Positions 46,556 through 56,930 of a stretch of 57,766 nucleotides of DNA are shown piece by piece. Every line of letters starts with the position of its first letter. Within the stretch, counting starts at the first letter, position 1. The DNA lies in IMG/VR virus record IMGVR_UViG_3300043399_000632, positions 1 through 57,766 of that record; one strand, written 5' to 3'. Position numbers and translations under genes: made by a program. The stretch is from a virus. Taxonomy: Duplodnaviria > Caudoviricetes. The notes under the pieces are model-generated. The model was not told the DNA's origin, made no database searches, and saw nothing but the letters and a program-made list of their open reading frames with translations.

Positions 46556-48481
46556 TCAACTAGTCAGTCCCATGCGAACAACTTTTACAGTAGTAGTGCT
46601 TTCTGAATATGGACTGAAAGTTAGATTAATATTTGTACCATTTACTACGGCATCAAATACACCTAATTCACTAGTTGTATACACTATCCCATACTCCCCA
46701 ATATACACTTCAGTGCTATCGTGGAACACTGTGATTTCAGTCACATGAACATCTGGACCTTGAACTACCTGAGCAGTATACTTGGCAGTTCTATACTGAG
46801 CCATGGCAAATTCATCCACAATCACAGTATCAGTTGAAGTTAGCGCAGGACTAGTGTAACTTGCCAGTACTACGTTATTACTATATAAGGCCGACACAAC
46901 AGTTGCTGTGCTAGTCGTGCCTGCAGTAACACTGTTTGCAACAACTATGTTATCGCTAACACTAACACCACCAAACACTGCCAATCCACCAGTGTTACCG
47001 CCGGCAGCAGTCGACCCTAGACCAACAGCAGTATCTGCTGTTAACCTTAAATACCCGGCGCCGTCGTAATAGAAAATTGCCCCAATTGCAACCTGATTAT
47101 CTCGACCATCTATTAGGTTATCCCCCATGATCGACACGTTTCCGGAGCCGATTTTCATGCCGTTTCCAGCGTCATGGCCTATGAAAAAGTTATACGATCC
47201 TGTGGTTAAGTTTGTGGCAATGTTGTCGCCTAGGAAAAAGTTCCGTTCACCATCAATTAGACTCTTACCGGCATTAGATCCTATGGCAATATTGTCGTCT
47301 TGTTTTAGGACTCTATGTATTGTCCCACCACTTTGATACGAACTAAAATATGTGCCGTCAACACCCGCACCCACAATTGGATCTGTGTACAGCTGAATTG
47401 TCGAAGTATCTACTACATTAATATAATATACAATGTCATTCAGTGATACGGTATATTCAGGATCTCGTAAATCCTCGACACCAACAATTCCGCTCATCAG
47501 TACTGCGGTTCCAGTAGTATACCCGTGATTTGATACAGTAACTTCTATTGGATGGACGACTGTTCCGCTACTCTGGTATGAGGTCCAAGTTATATCGCCC
47601 AGACTAATAGAATTTACACTAGTAGCAGTAGTAAACACTGGATCAGTGTATAGACCGAAGGTGTCTGTGGTATAGACATCTACCCAATAGGAATGTCCAT
47701 TTAGTAAACTAGTAGTTCCAGTAGATAACCCAACAACACTGGCAATAGATATTCTCTGCCCGGTACTTAGACCGTGATCTACTGACGTAACAACTGCTGG
47801 ATTTGCGTTTGTTATTCCAGTAATTGGAGTAGATGAACTAGTTGTAATGTTAACAATGGGTTTGATATATTCTGTTGGTAGAATACCTATGTTCTTTAAC
47901 GAACTATCACCAATTGCAATGCTGTTTCTAAGTCCAGTTCCCGTGTTTAAGGCGTATCTTCCAATGGCGATACTTTTATAAGCAGTATCTAAGTTAGTTA
48001 GGCTGTCGTAACCTATGCTAATATTTTGTTGACCGTTACTAAAATCGTTAGGTGATTCGCTAGTTGAGGCAACACCACGTATAACTAAGTTATTCCATGC
48101 CGAGTCTACATCATTCCTATATCCCTGACCGATAGTTATCCCGTTAACGGTGATATCTTTTGTGGCAAAAATGTTACCATCAATGCCGATACCCCCGCGA
48201 ACAGCTAGTACACCAGTAGTAGTACTTGTGGATAGCACAAGAGATCCAGTTGATACAACTCTAATTTGCTGATCAGGCAATAAGCTACGCATTGTAGCCG
48301 TGGTAATATCTATAAATCCCAGTACGGAACTGTAAGAAGTCCTCAACAACTCATCTGTAATGAGAGTAAATCCAGTTCCGGCTGGTGATGTTGGTGGAAG
48401 CTGCGGTTGAGCGCCCTTAAGGTCAATGAACTCTCCGCTTCCGCCTGTTCTTAATGTTGATCCGCTAAGTAGTCTTGCCAT
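46556..48481 (-). CDS. Virion/tail-fibre protein with xIAIG beta-roll repeats and two inserted small beta domains
   Basis: NISIG/SIAIG/NIAIG/NFFIG repeats; two HGxxTG domains; C-terminal YRTAKY...EYG domain. Confidence 0.65.
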   Translation of the reverse strand: MARLLSGSTLRTGGSGEFIDLKGAQPQLPPTSPAGTGFTLITDELLRTSYSSVLGFIDITTATMRSLLPDQQIRVVSTGSLVLSTSTTTGVLAVRGGIGIDGNIFATKDITVNGITIGQGYRNDVDSAWNNLVIRGVASTSESPNDFSNGQQNISIGYDSLTNLDTAYKSIAIGRYALNTGTGLRNSIAIGDSSLKNIGILPTEYIKPIVNITTSSSTPITGITNANPAVVTSVDHGLSTGQRISIASVVGLSTGTTSLLNGHSYWVDVYTTDTFGLYTDPVFTTATSVNSISLGDITWTSYQSSGTVVHPIEVTVSNHGYTTGTAVLMSGIVGVEDLRDPEYTVSLNDIVYYINVVDTSTIQLYTDPIVGAGVDGTYFSSYQSGGTIHRVLKQDDNIAIGSNAGKSLIDGERNFFLGDNIATNLTTGSYNFFIGHDAGNGMKIGSGNVSIMGDNLIDGRDNQVAIGAIFYYDGAGYLRLTADTAVGLGSTAAGGNTGGLAVFGGVSVSDNIVVANSVTAGTTSTATVVSALYSNNVVLASYTSPALTSTDTVIVDEFAMAQYRTAKYTAQVVQGPDVHVTEITVFHDSTEVYIGEYGIVYTTSELGVFDAVVNGTNINLTFSPYSESTTTVKVVRMGLTS

Positions 48482-48492
48482 GGTCTTCTCTA

Positions 48493-48888
48493 TTAGTTAT
48501 TCGCAGTCTCTAAGATACTTAGCGTCAGCTGGCAAGTACTGGTAGTATTTGCATAAATTTTCACACTGTCTAAACTCTCAACAATAAGTTTTCCAGATAA
48601 CAGTGACGCAGCATCGCCTGGCGGGATTGCGAAATCTTTTGCTAGATATGTTTCAGTTTTTCCAGCTTGGAAACCGTTTCCTTGAGCATCTGCAAGCACA
48701 GGGCGATTTCTATAGTGTATAAGCGTGACAGTTTCAGTCTGAGTACTAATATTTGCCACTTGGGCCATAAGCACAATTGACGTAACTCCAATAGGAGCTA
48801 CATATGCCGTCACCGTTGAGGTTGTTTCTGAAAAAGATGGAACAACTTTGGTTTTTGTTATAAACTTGTTTAATGGTATTAAAGCCAT
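48493..48888 (-). CDS. Hypothetical virion protein
   Basis: 131 aa, beta-rich, in the structural operon. Confidence 0.7.
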   Translation of the reverse strand: MALIPLNKFITKTKVVPSFSETTSTVTAYVAPIGVTSIVLMAQVANISTQTETVTLIHYRNRPVLADAQGNGFQAGKTETYLAKDFAIPPGDAASLLSGKLIVESLDSVKIYANTTSTCQLTLSILETANN

Positions 48889-48900
48889 GATTTTTTCCTT

Positions 48901-51900
48901 TTAACCTGCGCCTGTCTCAATAGCTAAGATGAACGGTGTCAAGTTAGCAAATAACGATCTTGTAAATGTTCTACCGCTTAGAACACCAGTTGCTTGACTA
49001 ATTACTAGACCCGGACCTATTCTAAAGTCACCGTTTTGATCTGTACTTGTAAAGAATACTTTACCGCTGTCGAGTTGAACGACTTCCTGACCTTGTTTAG
49101 GATCAGCCACCCCTCGTTGAGGCAATGCTCCGTAATCGACACCAGCACCTACGTATTCAAACACGTAACCAGACGCACTCATGTAGCTACGTTGATAGAA
49201 GTTAACCGTTGCGCCATCTGGGAACAAGTCTGTTCTAGTCACGTTTTCACCTAACTGAATTATATGATGTGTCCCCAATCTGTTCCAGTAGCTCAGCCCT
49301 GCCATTACACAGTTATAGTTCCCGCCACTTTCTAGGTCGTAGATTAATCTTTCTAAAATAATTTTAACATCTCTACGGCACTTAGATTCGTCATACACAA
49401 CATCAGGAGTAAAGCCAATAACAGTATTCACATACGCAGTTATTTCATCTGTCATAAACTTGATATTATCTCTGATTAGACTTATAGCATCACCCGCTCC
49501 TAGTGGAACAGTACCTTCTTGTTTTCTAAGACTCTGCGGCACTACTGATTCCGCACTTGATAAATTAGCAGCGTTAACAATACCAATTAGATCTGTAAAT
49601 CTGCTGATAATAAACTGTTCGGCTAGACCCCCGGTTGCCACTAAGGGTTTAAATATCTGATCAGTAGTGTTTCCAGATGTAACTGTTACTGATTCATTCT
49701 TGATAACTTTTACTACAACACTTTGTAACCTCTGTAAAGATGCCACATGAGCAGCACGCTGGTCAGTGTCTAAGCCAGTTGCTTCCACAGATAGTATGTT
49801 CACCCCTGCTGGGATTACTTCGCCCTTTCTGTTATACTTGGGGTTTTCACCAACTTCACTACTTAAAACAGTGTAATATGCGTTACCGCAGAAATATAGA
49901 TCAAAGTATTCAGTATTAGCAGGATCGCCTCCGCCGTTTGTTAGAGCTTTGTTTAGTGTAATCGACTGATATCCCAAATCTGTTACTACTGTCCCAGTAT
50001 CTGCGTATCTTACTAAGTAATTCGGGTTAACAGGAGCGTCTCCTATATCAACTACATTGCCTAACGCATCTACTGGATCGCCGTCTGCGTTGTGCAAGTA
50101 AGGGAAATTATCGTATTCAAGCCCAAACTGATCTCTAATATAAACTGCGTTTCCAATCGCAATACCAGTGGTATCAATCCCAGTTAAAGTAATAGTACCA
50201 GCAACTAAAGTAGATGTTGTTGGAGCAGCATTTAAGAAACCAGGGAACCCTTGTTCGTTTAGTTGTGGAACTTTCTCACCTGTGTAGTCTACAACTGTTT
50301 CTGGAGCCACTACTTCCATCACTAGAGAAATATGTGGTCTATCTTCTAAATCAGGTAAAAACACACGGACTCGCGCGTCATTTGGCCAGAATCCAGTAGG
50401 ATAGTACTGGTCAAAGTATTCACTTTCCGGGAAGCTTGTCGCAATTGCTGGATCTGGACTTTCGGGATATGATTTATAAACTGGATTATAAATGTGTCCG
50501 GTAAATTGGCGACGGCCATAGCCCTTTGCTAATAGACAGATATCACCAAAGTTAGCGTTACTGTTAACAATAGATGCGATTCCGCCGCTTTCAACTTGAA
50601 CACCCACTGAACAGAAGATAGTAAACACCGAGACTAACTGTGCGTATCCGTCATTTTTAATATGGACTCCGCGTCCACCTTGGTTAACTTGAGTAAATGC
50701 GTCATAAACGAAGGATTGAATCGGGCTTCGACTACTAATAACTGCTCCATCAACTAGACTCCCGCCCATGGACCCGATCGGATCCACTTTTCGCAAGTTC
50801 CAAGTACTGGTTGACCCGGTCAGTTCGTAGCTTAACTCGTCGACTTTAGCATCTCTATATGGGTAAACTAACGTATCCCCAAAATACAAAGTTGCGTTTA
50901 TGCCAAATCCAACTGTAGCCTTGCTTAGTCCTACTCTAAAAACATTACCATCAAACAGATCGTTAACTAAATCTATAGTATTATCGATTATAGTAGCCTT
51001 TGCGCCCACTAGCGAATCTGCTGAATTCTTAAGATCGACGTTAGATTCAGTCCATGTTACGCTTGGCAACACTAGCGCAGCTAAACCTGTTAAACTATTT
51101 GCCGTCAGCACACTAGTAATTACAGTTACCAAACTGTTAAGAGTAGTTGCTTCAGTCGCTGTTGCGTTATTACCAGACGTATCTTGAGTCAAATAGTTTC
51201 GCTGCGTAGGTGTTACGACAATTCCACGTATCACATTTTGAGCCACAGAAGACATGTGTTGGAAAGCCGCCACTGATTGAGCAGTCTCCCCTGCAATAGT
51301 CGATACACCGTCTTTGGTAAAATATGCTTGGGCGCACTGCCTTATGGCGCTATTTCCGCCATAAAGTATATCATAGCACAGCGCATCAACAATATACCCA
51401 GTGTCCCTAGAACATAGCTGTCTATCATATGTGAAGTTTGCAAAGGGCGAAACGTTATTTTCAATTTGCTCTTCGATCCATGACACAACTTCTAATTTAA
51501 TAAATTCTTTATTAGTTATTAGCTTGTCTTTTGCGGCCACACGAGATGACACTGACGGTGGGTTTGAAAATACCAAACTAGCTGGATCGTTTCCGTCTAA
51601 TATGTTTAATATGCTGTCATAGGAACGGTTGCCCCTTTCTAGAGCAGTACTACTTCCAGACAAATAAGTCTGCGATTGTGTCTTAATGTACTCAATAGCA
51701 GCTTTAGTTTGTGTTAGCTCGGTATTAATAACTGCGAGGGACGATGCGATGCCTCGACGGTAAGCATTTCCAGATGTGATGCCGTTATAGTTGGTGCCAA
51801 ATAACACATCGTAGTACGCACCATCAATAATATAACCGGAATCTCGTCTGCACAGAGTCTCATCATACGACGCATTAGAAACTGAGGTTACTACTGGCGA

Positions 51901-54900
51901 ACTCTTAACGTCATCCGGTGATAGACCAATGTTAGCAAACAGTCCACTACCACCGTATACCGGTGGCGCTGCTGTAGGGCCTCGTTCAATAATATCAGTA
52001 ATTATTTTAAAACAACGAGCCACGTTTTGCTGAGGCATATAATCCCCACCGTATTGGAAGAACGGATTAATAACTTGTGGCGTCTTAGTTTGCGGTTGTA
52101 CAGCAACTGGTTTGTTTGCTATAACTTGTAAGGCTAGGTCTTTAGCATAGTTTAGTGCTACAGTGGTTGTGCTCACTTGACCAGCAACATGATTATAGCC
52201 ACTTGTCCAATATGATAAACCTGCTTCGATACTTTTTGCATTACCTAACAAAACAACGTCTTGTGATACTGCATCAATAATTAGTCCAACATCTCTATAA
52301 CATTTCTCCTCATTATAACGGAATGAAGTGTTATTATAATTCCAATTTACGTAGTTGATGACTTCATCAGCGATGAACTCTTTGTTCGCAATTAACAAAT
52401 CAAATCCATAAAGCACACTAGTGAGAGTGCTAGCAGTCATTGCGATGTTTGATGGAGCGGCAGCAACACTAGTGCCACTGCTAATGATCGAAGTAATTGT
52501 CGAAATCGCAGTTCTAACCTTGGTAACTTCCGCTGACGTAGCAGAATCTTCAGTAAACACTTGCTTGGCTAGTGTACCTGTTGTGACAGTAATTGGTTGA
52601 TTTAATAAAATACCCCCAACTACATCATAGATTCTATTAAATGCAGCAACCGTTTGAGTAGACTGCCCGTGAATTGCGCTCGTGCTCGTAGTAAATTGAT
52701 AGTATGAGAAACCAGCTTGTATGGATTGTCTGTTTCCGCCGTGAACTAAATCAAATCCGATAGCATCAACAATTAATCCCACATCCCTTGCGCAGGTCGA
52801 TGTATTATATGTAAAATCCGGATGAGTGGCGTTTACATACGCAACGACTTCTGCCCCCATATAGGTTTTATTTGCTTGTAAGATGTCGAAAGCATTCAAT
52901 ACGTTGTCAAATGTCGAGGCAGCACCGTTAGTAATGATTCTGTCAGTCCACCCGGTAGTATTTCCACTTACGATCTCTGTAACTGTATCAAATAATGGGT
53001 ACAACTGCTCTGCTGTTGCTAAATCAGAGGGTTCTAAGCTCACATTTTGAGGAACAGCACTTTGATAGCGAGGGATCAAGTCGTCTTCGTATCTAATATT
53101 TCTAATGACTTTGCCGGACAACTCCTTCAAATATCGCATTGCATCTAATGTAGGTTGCAATTGCGCTTCAATATCGCCGGTATAGTTTCCTTGATTCCAA
53201 TATTGTATGCCGGCAAATGTACTTTGACTCATTCCCGGAGTGGGATATAACAAATCAAATGCTACAGAATCCACAATTAATTCTGTATCTCGACGGCATT
53301 TTATCTCGCTGTACGGGAATTCTTTAACTAAGTTGTTGATGTAGTTAACAGTGTCTTCTTGAATGAATGTTCGGTTAGCCTCTAACAGTGTTTCTGCAGA
53401 TACGTAAGCAGCATCCGGACCTGAACTAATAGTTAGTTCAGGTATAACATCTGGACCGTCAGCAATAATTCGAGTCACAACTTCAAATAGCTTGCTAATA
53501 GATTCGCTAGCGATTTCACCACCAGTAATAGAACTATTAACTACTTGTGAATACTTGGCAGTAGTAACAGGACCAATTGCGTAAACGTCAGGGCAAGTTT
53601 GATTTACTATGACTTTTTGGCAAAGATTGCTTAGATAATCGATAGCTGCAATAGTCTGAGCTTCCTGACCAGAAATTCTACTGATAACTCCATCGTAATA
53701 TGCTAGCCCGCTTTCGACGGCCTTTTGATTTCCGCCGAAACTAGCATCATAGGAAATGTTTTCTACTAAAATGCCAACATCTCTTGCGCACTTTTCCCTA
53801 GAATATGTAAAATTGTTAGAAGTAGCATCTATAAAAGCAATAACCTCTGCCGTGATAAAATCCGTATTGGCTGCCAGCATGACAAAGGCATTTTCTGCTT
53901 CTTCAGATGCTGACTTTTCCAAATTCATAGACGTTTTCTTTTTAGCAAAAGACGGTCCTTTTCTTATGATAGTTGTTATATAGTCGATTTTATCTTGTAA
54001 AAACTCAACTTCGTAATCACCGGCAACCTCCTGACCTGATATAACTTGACTTACATACGATGGAGAGTTTTGATCCTGGTATATGGTTGGGACGGCAGTA
54101 CCTTTAATAATACTTGGAAGAATATTCTTTAGATAATAATACGCAGCCGACACCTGTGGGATTTCATTCGGAACTTGCGTACTGTCAGAATTATAGCTGT
54201 AATAGTATATCCCAGACTTTATAGACTGTTTATTTCCGCCATTTAGCAAGTCAAACGCAATACTGTCAATCATATACCCAACATCACGCTTGCAAGTTGC
54301 TACGTTATAAGAGTAGTCTGGATAGTTAGACGATATCCATGAGATAACAGAATTTATGAGCGATGATCTGTTTGTTAAAATAGTTTGATATGCACTTACT
54401 ACGTCTGAATCTGTTGATGGTAATCCCCCGCCGACAATAGAATCAGTTATACCGTCTAAGTAACTCGATGATCCTAGAATGTTTTCTATTAGAGTGAACA
54501 ATGTAGTCACTGTGCTAACTGGACCTGAATTTCCAGCGATCAAGGCTAGAACTGCAGTTTTCAAATGCCCAACTGCTGCGGTCGTTACACCCAATTCCCC
54601 AGGGGTGGAGATATTACCTTGACTCCAGTATTGTAAGCCTGCGAACGTGGAATCACTATCACTGTTATACAGCAAATCAGTTGAAATCGAGTTTATAATT
54701 AGACCTAAATCTCTAGAGCATGCGGTTTTGTCATACGTGAACGAACCGCTGTTGAATGTTTTATCAACATAACCCACCACTTGTTCTTTGAGGAAATCTT
54801 TGTTTGCTAGCATCAGTGTTCTAGCATCAAAGAACCCCTTATTCTGCTTACCAGCGTTTACACTCATACCTCTGGCTATTGTTCCAGTAGTGACGGTTAC

Positions 54901-56295
54901 AATAATTGAAGAAGTATTTGCGTTCCAAGAACCCGTAGCAGTTGCTTTAGGAATTTGAACTGTTTGATTTGGAACAAATAGTGTTCCGTCTTTTAACCAA
55001 GGACCGCTTTGATTGGTACAGTTTTGTACATACGGCGACTGGAACAAGTCAATCCTTTCGTCACCAGTTAGTGGTGGGAACGCAGTTGCGTATGCTCCTC
55101 TATTAAATCCCTCTTCATAAGGACCGTCTAGCAAACCTGAGCGCCCATTTAAGAACGTCATATAGTTAAGATAGCATCCGCTGTTCATGTGGAACAAGTC
55201 TTGCGTCTTGTTAATTGGCTCTAAGAAGGTTGTTCTAATATCAGAACCCCTAACCGATGTGTACGGCTTCATCGGTAATGGGTTATCTTCGTAATAGTGG
55301 CCTGCGCTAACAAGAATCTGAGTGCCTACCTGGTAATAGGGACTCTGCATGGCCCCGCCAACTGTTCGGCAAGCTCGGCTTGGATCAAGAGCTCTTCCGT
55401 CATTTGTATCGTTACCATCCATTGTAACATACAGCGTGTTTCTAACAACGGGAGCAGTACCTATGGGTTTATCGCCCCTGACTCGAATATTACCAATGAC
55501 TTCAGTTAAACCCAAATCCTGACCAGATTCTGGTTCCGGAGCAATTTGGATCTTACTTTGAATTGAGGACAACACTTTAGTAACAATGTCGTCTACGTGC
55601 AACTCTCCCCCAATACCCACGCCGCCGGCAACTTGAAGAGCACCTGTGGTGGTCGACGTTGAGGATGCGGTTGAAACTACTTTACCATTTTCAATAGTAA
55701 GAAGGCCGCGAGCTGGATTATATCTTAATCCACCTTGTATACCAACGTTGTCCCCATAAAACGTAGCAGCGTCCGATAAATCACCAGATAATCTATCAAC
55801 GAACACTGGGAAATAACTGGCATCGTCGTTGTTAGGGATAACCGTCAGGTTTGTAGAAGTAATAGCTTCAGAAATTCTACCGTAAATAAATCCACCGACG
55901 TTTAGGTCTTTTTGTATACCCAAACCGCCAGGTATATAAACTGCTCCGGCCTGTCGTTGTGCGTTTGCTGCTTCAATCGATCCCAAGATCGATTGACCAT
56001 ATACGTTTTCTGGATTGTAGGGGATTCCTGCTGGATTTTGAACGTTTGCGGTTTGATCAAACTTTATCGCAACATTAGTAAGTGTTGTGATTCCATCATT
56101 GCTGTTTACGTTTACAATCTGCTTCCCGCCGACAATTGAATTCCCGGCAATCAGAGAGTCTTGGGTCACAACCAATGACCCGCTGACTACTGTACTATCC
56201 GCATCTAATAAAATATCACCGTTCGGAGAAGAAATTTGAGTAGACCCAGTAGGTGTTACCTTTCGTGTACCAGAAACTCTTATTCTTGTTGCCAT
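48901..56295 (-). CDS. Giant virion-type protein (2464 aa): pectin-lyase-like beta-helix interrupted by nine CxRD helical repeats
   Basis: GNDTNDG, VSAGHYYE, SPYVQNCT and AFTQVNQGG/YAQLVSVFT beta-helix segments; nine C-x-R-D repeats; AATAAATA box upstream. Confidence 0.75.
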   Translation of the reverse strand: MATRIRVSGTRKVTPTGSTQISSPNGDILLDADSTVVSGSLVVTQDSLIAGNSIVGGKQIVNVNSNDGITTLTNVAIKFDQTANVQNPAGIPYNPENVYGQSILGSIEAANAQRQAGAVYIPGGLGIQKDLNVGGFIYGRISEAITSTNLTVIPNNDDASYFPVFVDRLSGDLSDAATFYGDNVGIQGGLRYNPARGLLTIENGKVVSTASSTSTTTGALQVAGGVGIGGELHVDDIVTKVLSSIQSKIQIAPEPESGQDLGLTEVIGNIRVRGDKPIGTAPVVRNTLYVTMDGNDTNDGRALDPSRACRTVGGAMQSPYYQVGTQILVSAGHYYEDNPLPMKPYTSVRGSDIRTTFLEPINKTQDLFHMNSGCYLNYMTFLNGRSGLLDGPYEEGFNRGAYATAFPPLTGDERIDLFQSPYVQNCTNQSGPWLKDGTLFVPNQTVQIPKATATGSWNANTSSIIVTVTTGTIARGMSVNAGKQNKGFFDARTLMLANKDFLKEQVVGYVDKTFNSGSFTYDKTACSRDLGLIINSISTDLLYNSDSDSTFAGLQYWSQGNISTPGELGVTTAAVGHLKTAVLALIAGNSGPVSTVTTLFTLIENILGSSSYLDGITDSIVGGGLPSTDSDVVSAYQTILTNRSSLINSVISWISSNYPDYSYNVATCKRDVGYMIDSIAFDLLNGGNKQSIKSGIYYYSYNSDSTQVPNEIPQVSAAYYYLKNILPSIIKGTAVPTIYQDQNSPSYVSQVISGQEVAGDYEVEFLQDKIDYITTIIRKGPSFAKKKTSMNLEKSASEEAENAFVMLAANTDFITAEVIAFIDATSNNFTYSREKCARDVGILVENISYDASFGGNQKAVESGLAYYDGVISRISGQEAQTIAAIDYLSNLCQKVIVNQTCPDVYAIGPVTTAKYSQVVNSSITGGEIASESISKLFEVVTRIIADGPDVIPELTISSGPDAAYVSAETLLEANRTFIQEDTVNYINNLVKEFPYSEIKCRRDTELIVDSVAFDLLYPTPGMSQSTFAGIQYWNQGNYTGDIEAQLQPTLDAMRYLKELSGKVIRNIRYEDDLIPRYQSAVPQNVSLEPSDLATAEQLYPLFDTVTEIVSGNTTGWTDRIITNGAASTFDNVLNAFDILQANKTYMGAEVVAYVNATHPDFTYNTSTCARDVGLIVDAIGFDLVHGGNRQSIQAGFSYYQFTTSTSAIHGQSTQTVAAFNRIYDVVGGILLNQPITVTTGTLAKQVFTEDSATSAEVTKVRTAISTITSIISSGTSVAAAPSNIAMTASTLTSVLYGFDLLIANKEFIADEVINYVNWNYNNTSFRYNEEKCYRDVGLIIDAVSQDVVLLGNAKSIEAGLSYWTSGYNHVAGQVSTTTVALNYAKDLALQVIANKPVAVQPQTKTPQVINPFFQYGGDYMPQQNVARCFKIITDIIERGPTAAPPVYGGSGLFANIGLSPDDVKSSPVVTSVSNASYDETLCRRDSGYIIDGAYYDVLFGTNYNGITSGNAYRRGIASSLAVINTELTQTKAAIEYIKTQSQTYLSGSSTALERGNRSYDSILNILDGNDPASLVFSNPPSVSSRVAAKDKLITNKEFIKLEVVSWIEEQIENNVSPFANFTYDRQLCSRDTGYIVDALCYDILYGGNSAIRQCAQAYFTKDGVSTIAGETAQSVAAFQHMSSVAQNVIRGIVVTPTQRNYLTQDTSGNNATATEATTLNSLVTVITSVLTANSLTGLAALVLPSVTWTESNVDLKNSADSLVGAKATIIDNTIDLVNDLFDGNVFRVGLSKATVGFGINATLYFGDTLVYPYRDAKVDELSYELTGSTSTWNLRKVDPIGSMGGSLVDGAVISSRSPIQSFVYDAFTQVNQGGRGVHIKNDGYAQLVSVFTIFCSVGVQVESGGIASIVNSNANFGDICLLAKGYGRRQFTGHIYNPVYKSYPESPDPAIATSFPESEYFDQYYPTGFWPNDARVRVFLPDLEDRPHISLVMEVVAPETVVDYTGEKVPQLNEQGFPGFLNAAPTTSTLVAGTITLTGIDTTGIAIGNAVYIRDQFGLEYDNFPYLHNADGDPVDALGNVVDIGDAPVNPNYLVRYADTGTVVTDLGYQSITLNKALTNGGGDPANTEYFDLYFCGNAYYTVLSSEVGENPKYNRKGEVIPAGVNILSVEATGLDTDQRAAHVASLQRLQSVVVKVIKNESVTVTSGNTTDQIFKPLVATGGLAEQFIISRFTDLIGIVNAANLSSAESVVPQSLRKQEGTVPLGAGDAISLIRDNIKFMTDEITAYVNTVIGFTPDVVYDESKCRRDVKIILERLIYDLESGGNYNCVMAGLSYWNRLGTHHIIQLGENVTRTDLFPDGATVNFYQRSYMSASGYVFEYVGAGVDYGALPQRGVADPKQGQEVVQLDSGKVFFTSTDQNGDFRIGPGLVISQATGVLSGRTFTRSLFANLTPFILAIETGAG

Positions 56296-56323
56296 CTTCT
56301 ATTCCTTTAGAGTATTTATTGTT

Positions 56324-56851
56324 TTAATAAATTCGCAGTTCTGCAGAGTCTATTTTTGCCGTAGTTTTATGAGGCCACTGTGGGTGAGACTTAAACCTCA
56401 GTAGAACTCCGAATGTGCCATTTTGTACATCTGAAGCTGTTAGAGGCTGTGTTGACCAAACTGGTAATTCACCACCGTATATTTTAATCTGATCTAGATT
56501 TCTATCTGCAACATTTTCACCAATAGCTGCGCCGTTTAGTACAAGCTGAACAGTGTCGTCGGTTATTCTACCACCTCGATCGCAAATTAACTGTAGTTCA
56601 ATTCCAGTAATTACCTCAGGTACATCAACAAAGTTGTAACCAGTAAGCTGCAAATAATAGGTTTTGTTTGTGATATCTGGTTTGGGGCTTCTTGCGATGT
56701 GTACTAGCGGATTAACTGTTTTTGTGTAAAATTGATTTTTTCTAGAAATCCCAGAAAAGTTGTCAGATTCATCCCAAGACACATGTATCTGTTCTGCTTG
56801 GGGATCTGCATACTGGATCACAGTTGTTGGAGTTGTCCATGAAGTTGCCAT
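56324..56851 (-). CDS. Hypothetical late protein
   Basis: 175 aa; GGTAAATA box 5 nt upstream. Confidence 0.7.
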   Translation of the reverse strand: MATSWTTPTTVIQYADPQAEQIHVSWDESDNFSGISRKNQFYTKTVNPLVHIARSPKPDITNKTYYLQLTGYNFVDVPEVITGIELQLICDRGGRITDDTVQLVLNGAAIGENVADRNLDQIKIYGGELPVWSTQPLTASDVQNGTFGVLLRFKSHPQWPHKTTAKIDSAELRIY

Positions 56852-56889
56852 AAGTGTATTTACCTATTCGTATCAGGTAAGAAGTCATT

Positions 56890-56914
56890 AAAAAAGGGAC
56901 TTGGTAGTCCCTTT
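56890..56914 (-). terminator. Rho-independent terminator
   Basis: AAAAAAGGGAC-TTGGTA-GTCCCTTT. Confidence 0.75.
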
Positions 56915-56930
56915 AGTAGAGCGGTGCTAA

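Noticed and set aside
48901-56295. Assigning a cyanobacterial host from the phycobiliprotein-like repeats
   Set aside because: No photosynthesis or other cyanophage marker genes in the window; host undetermined
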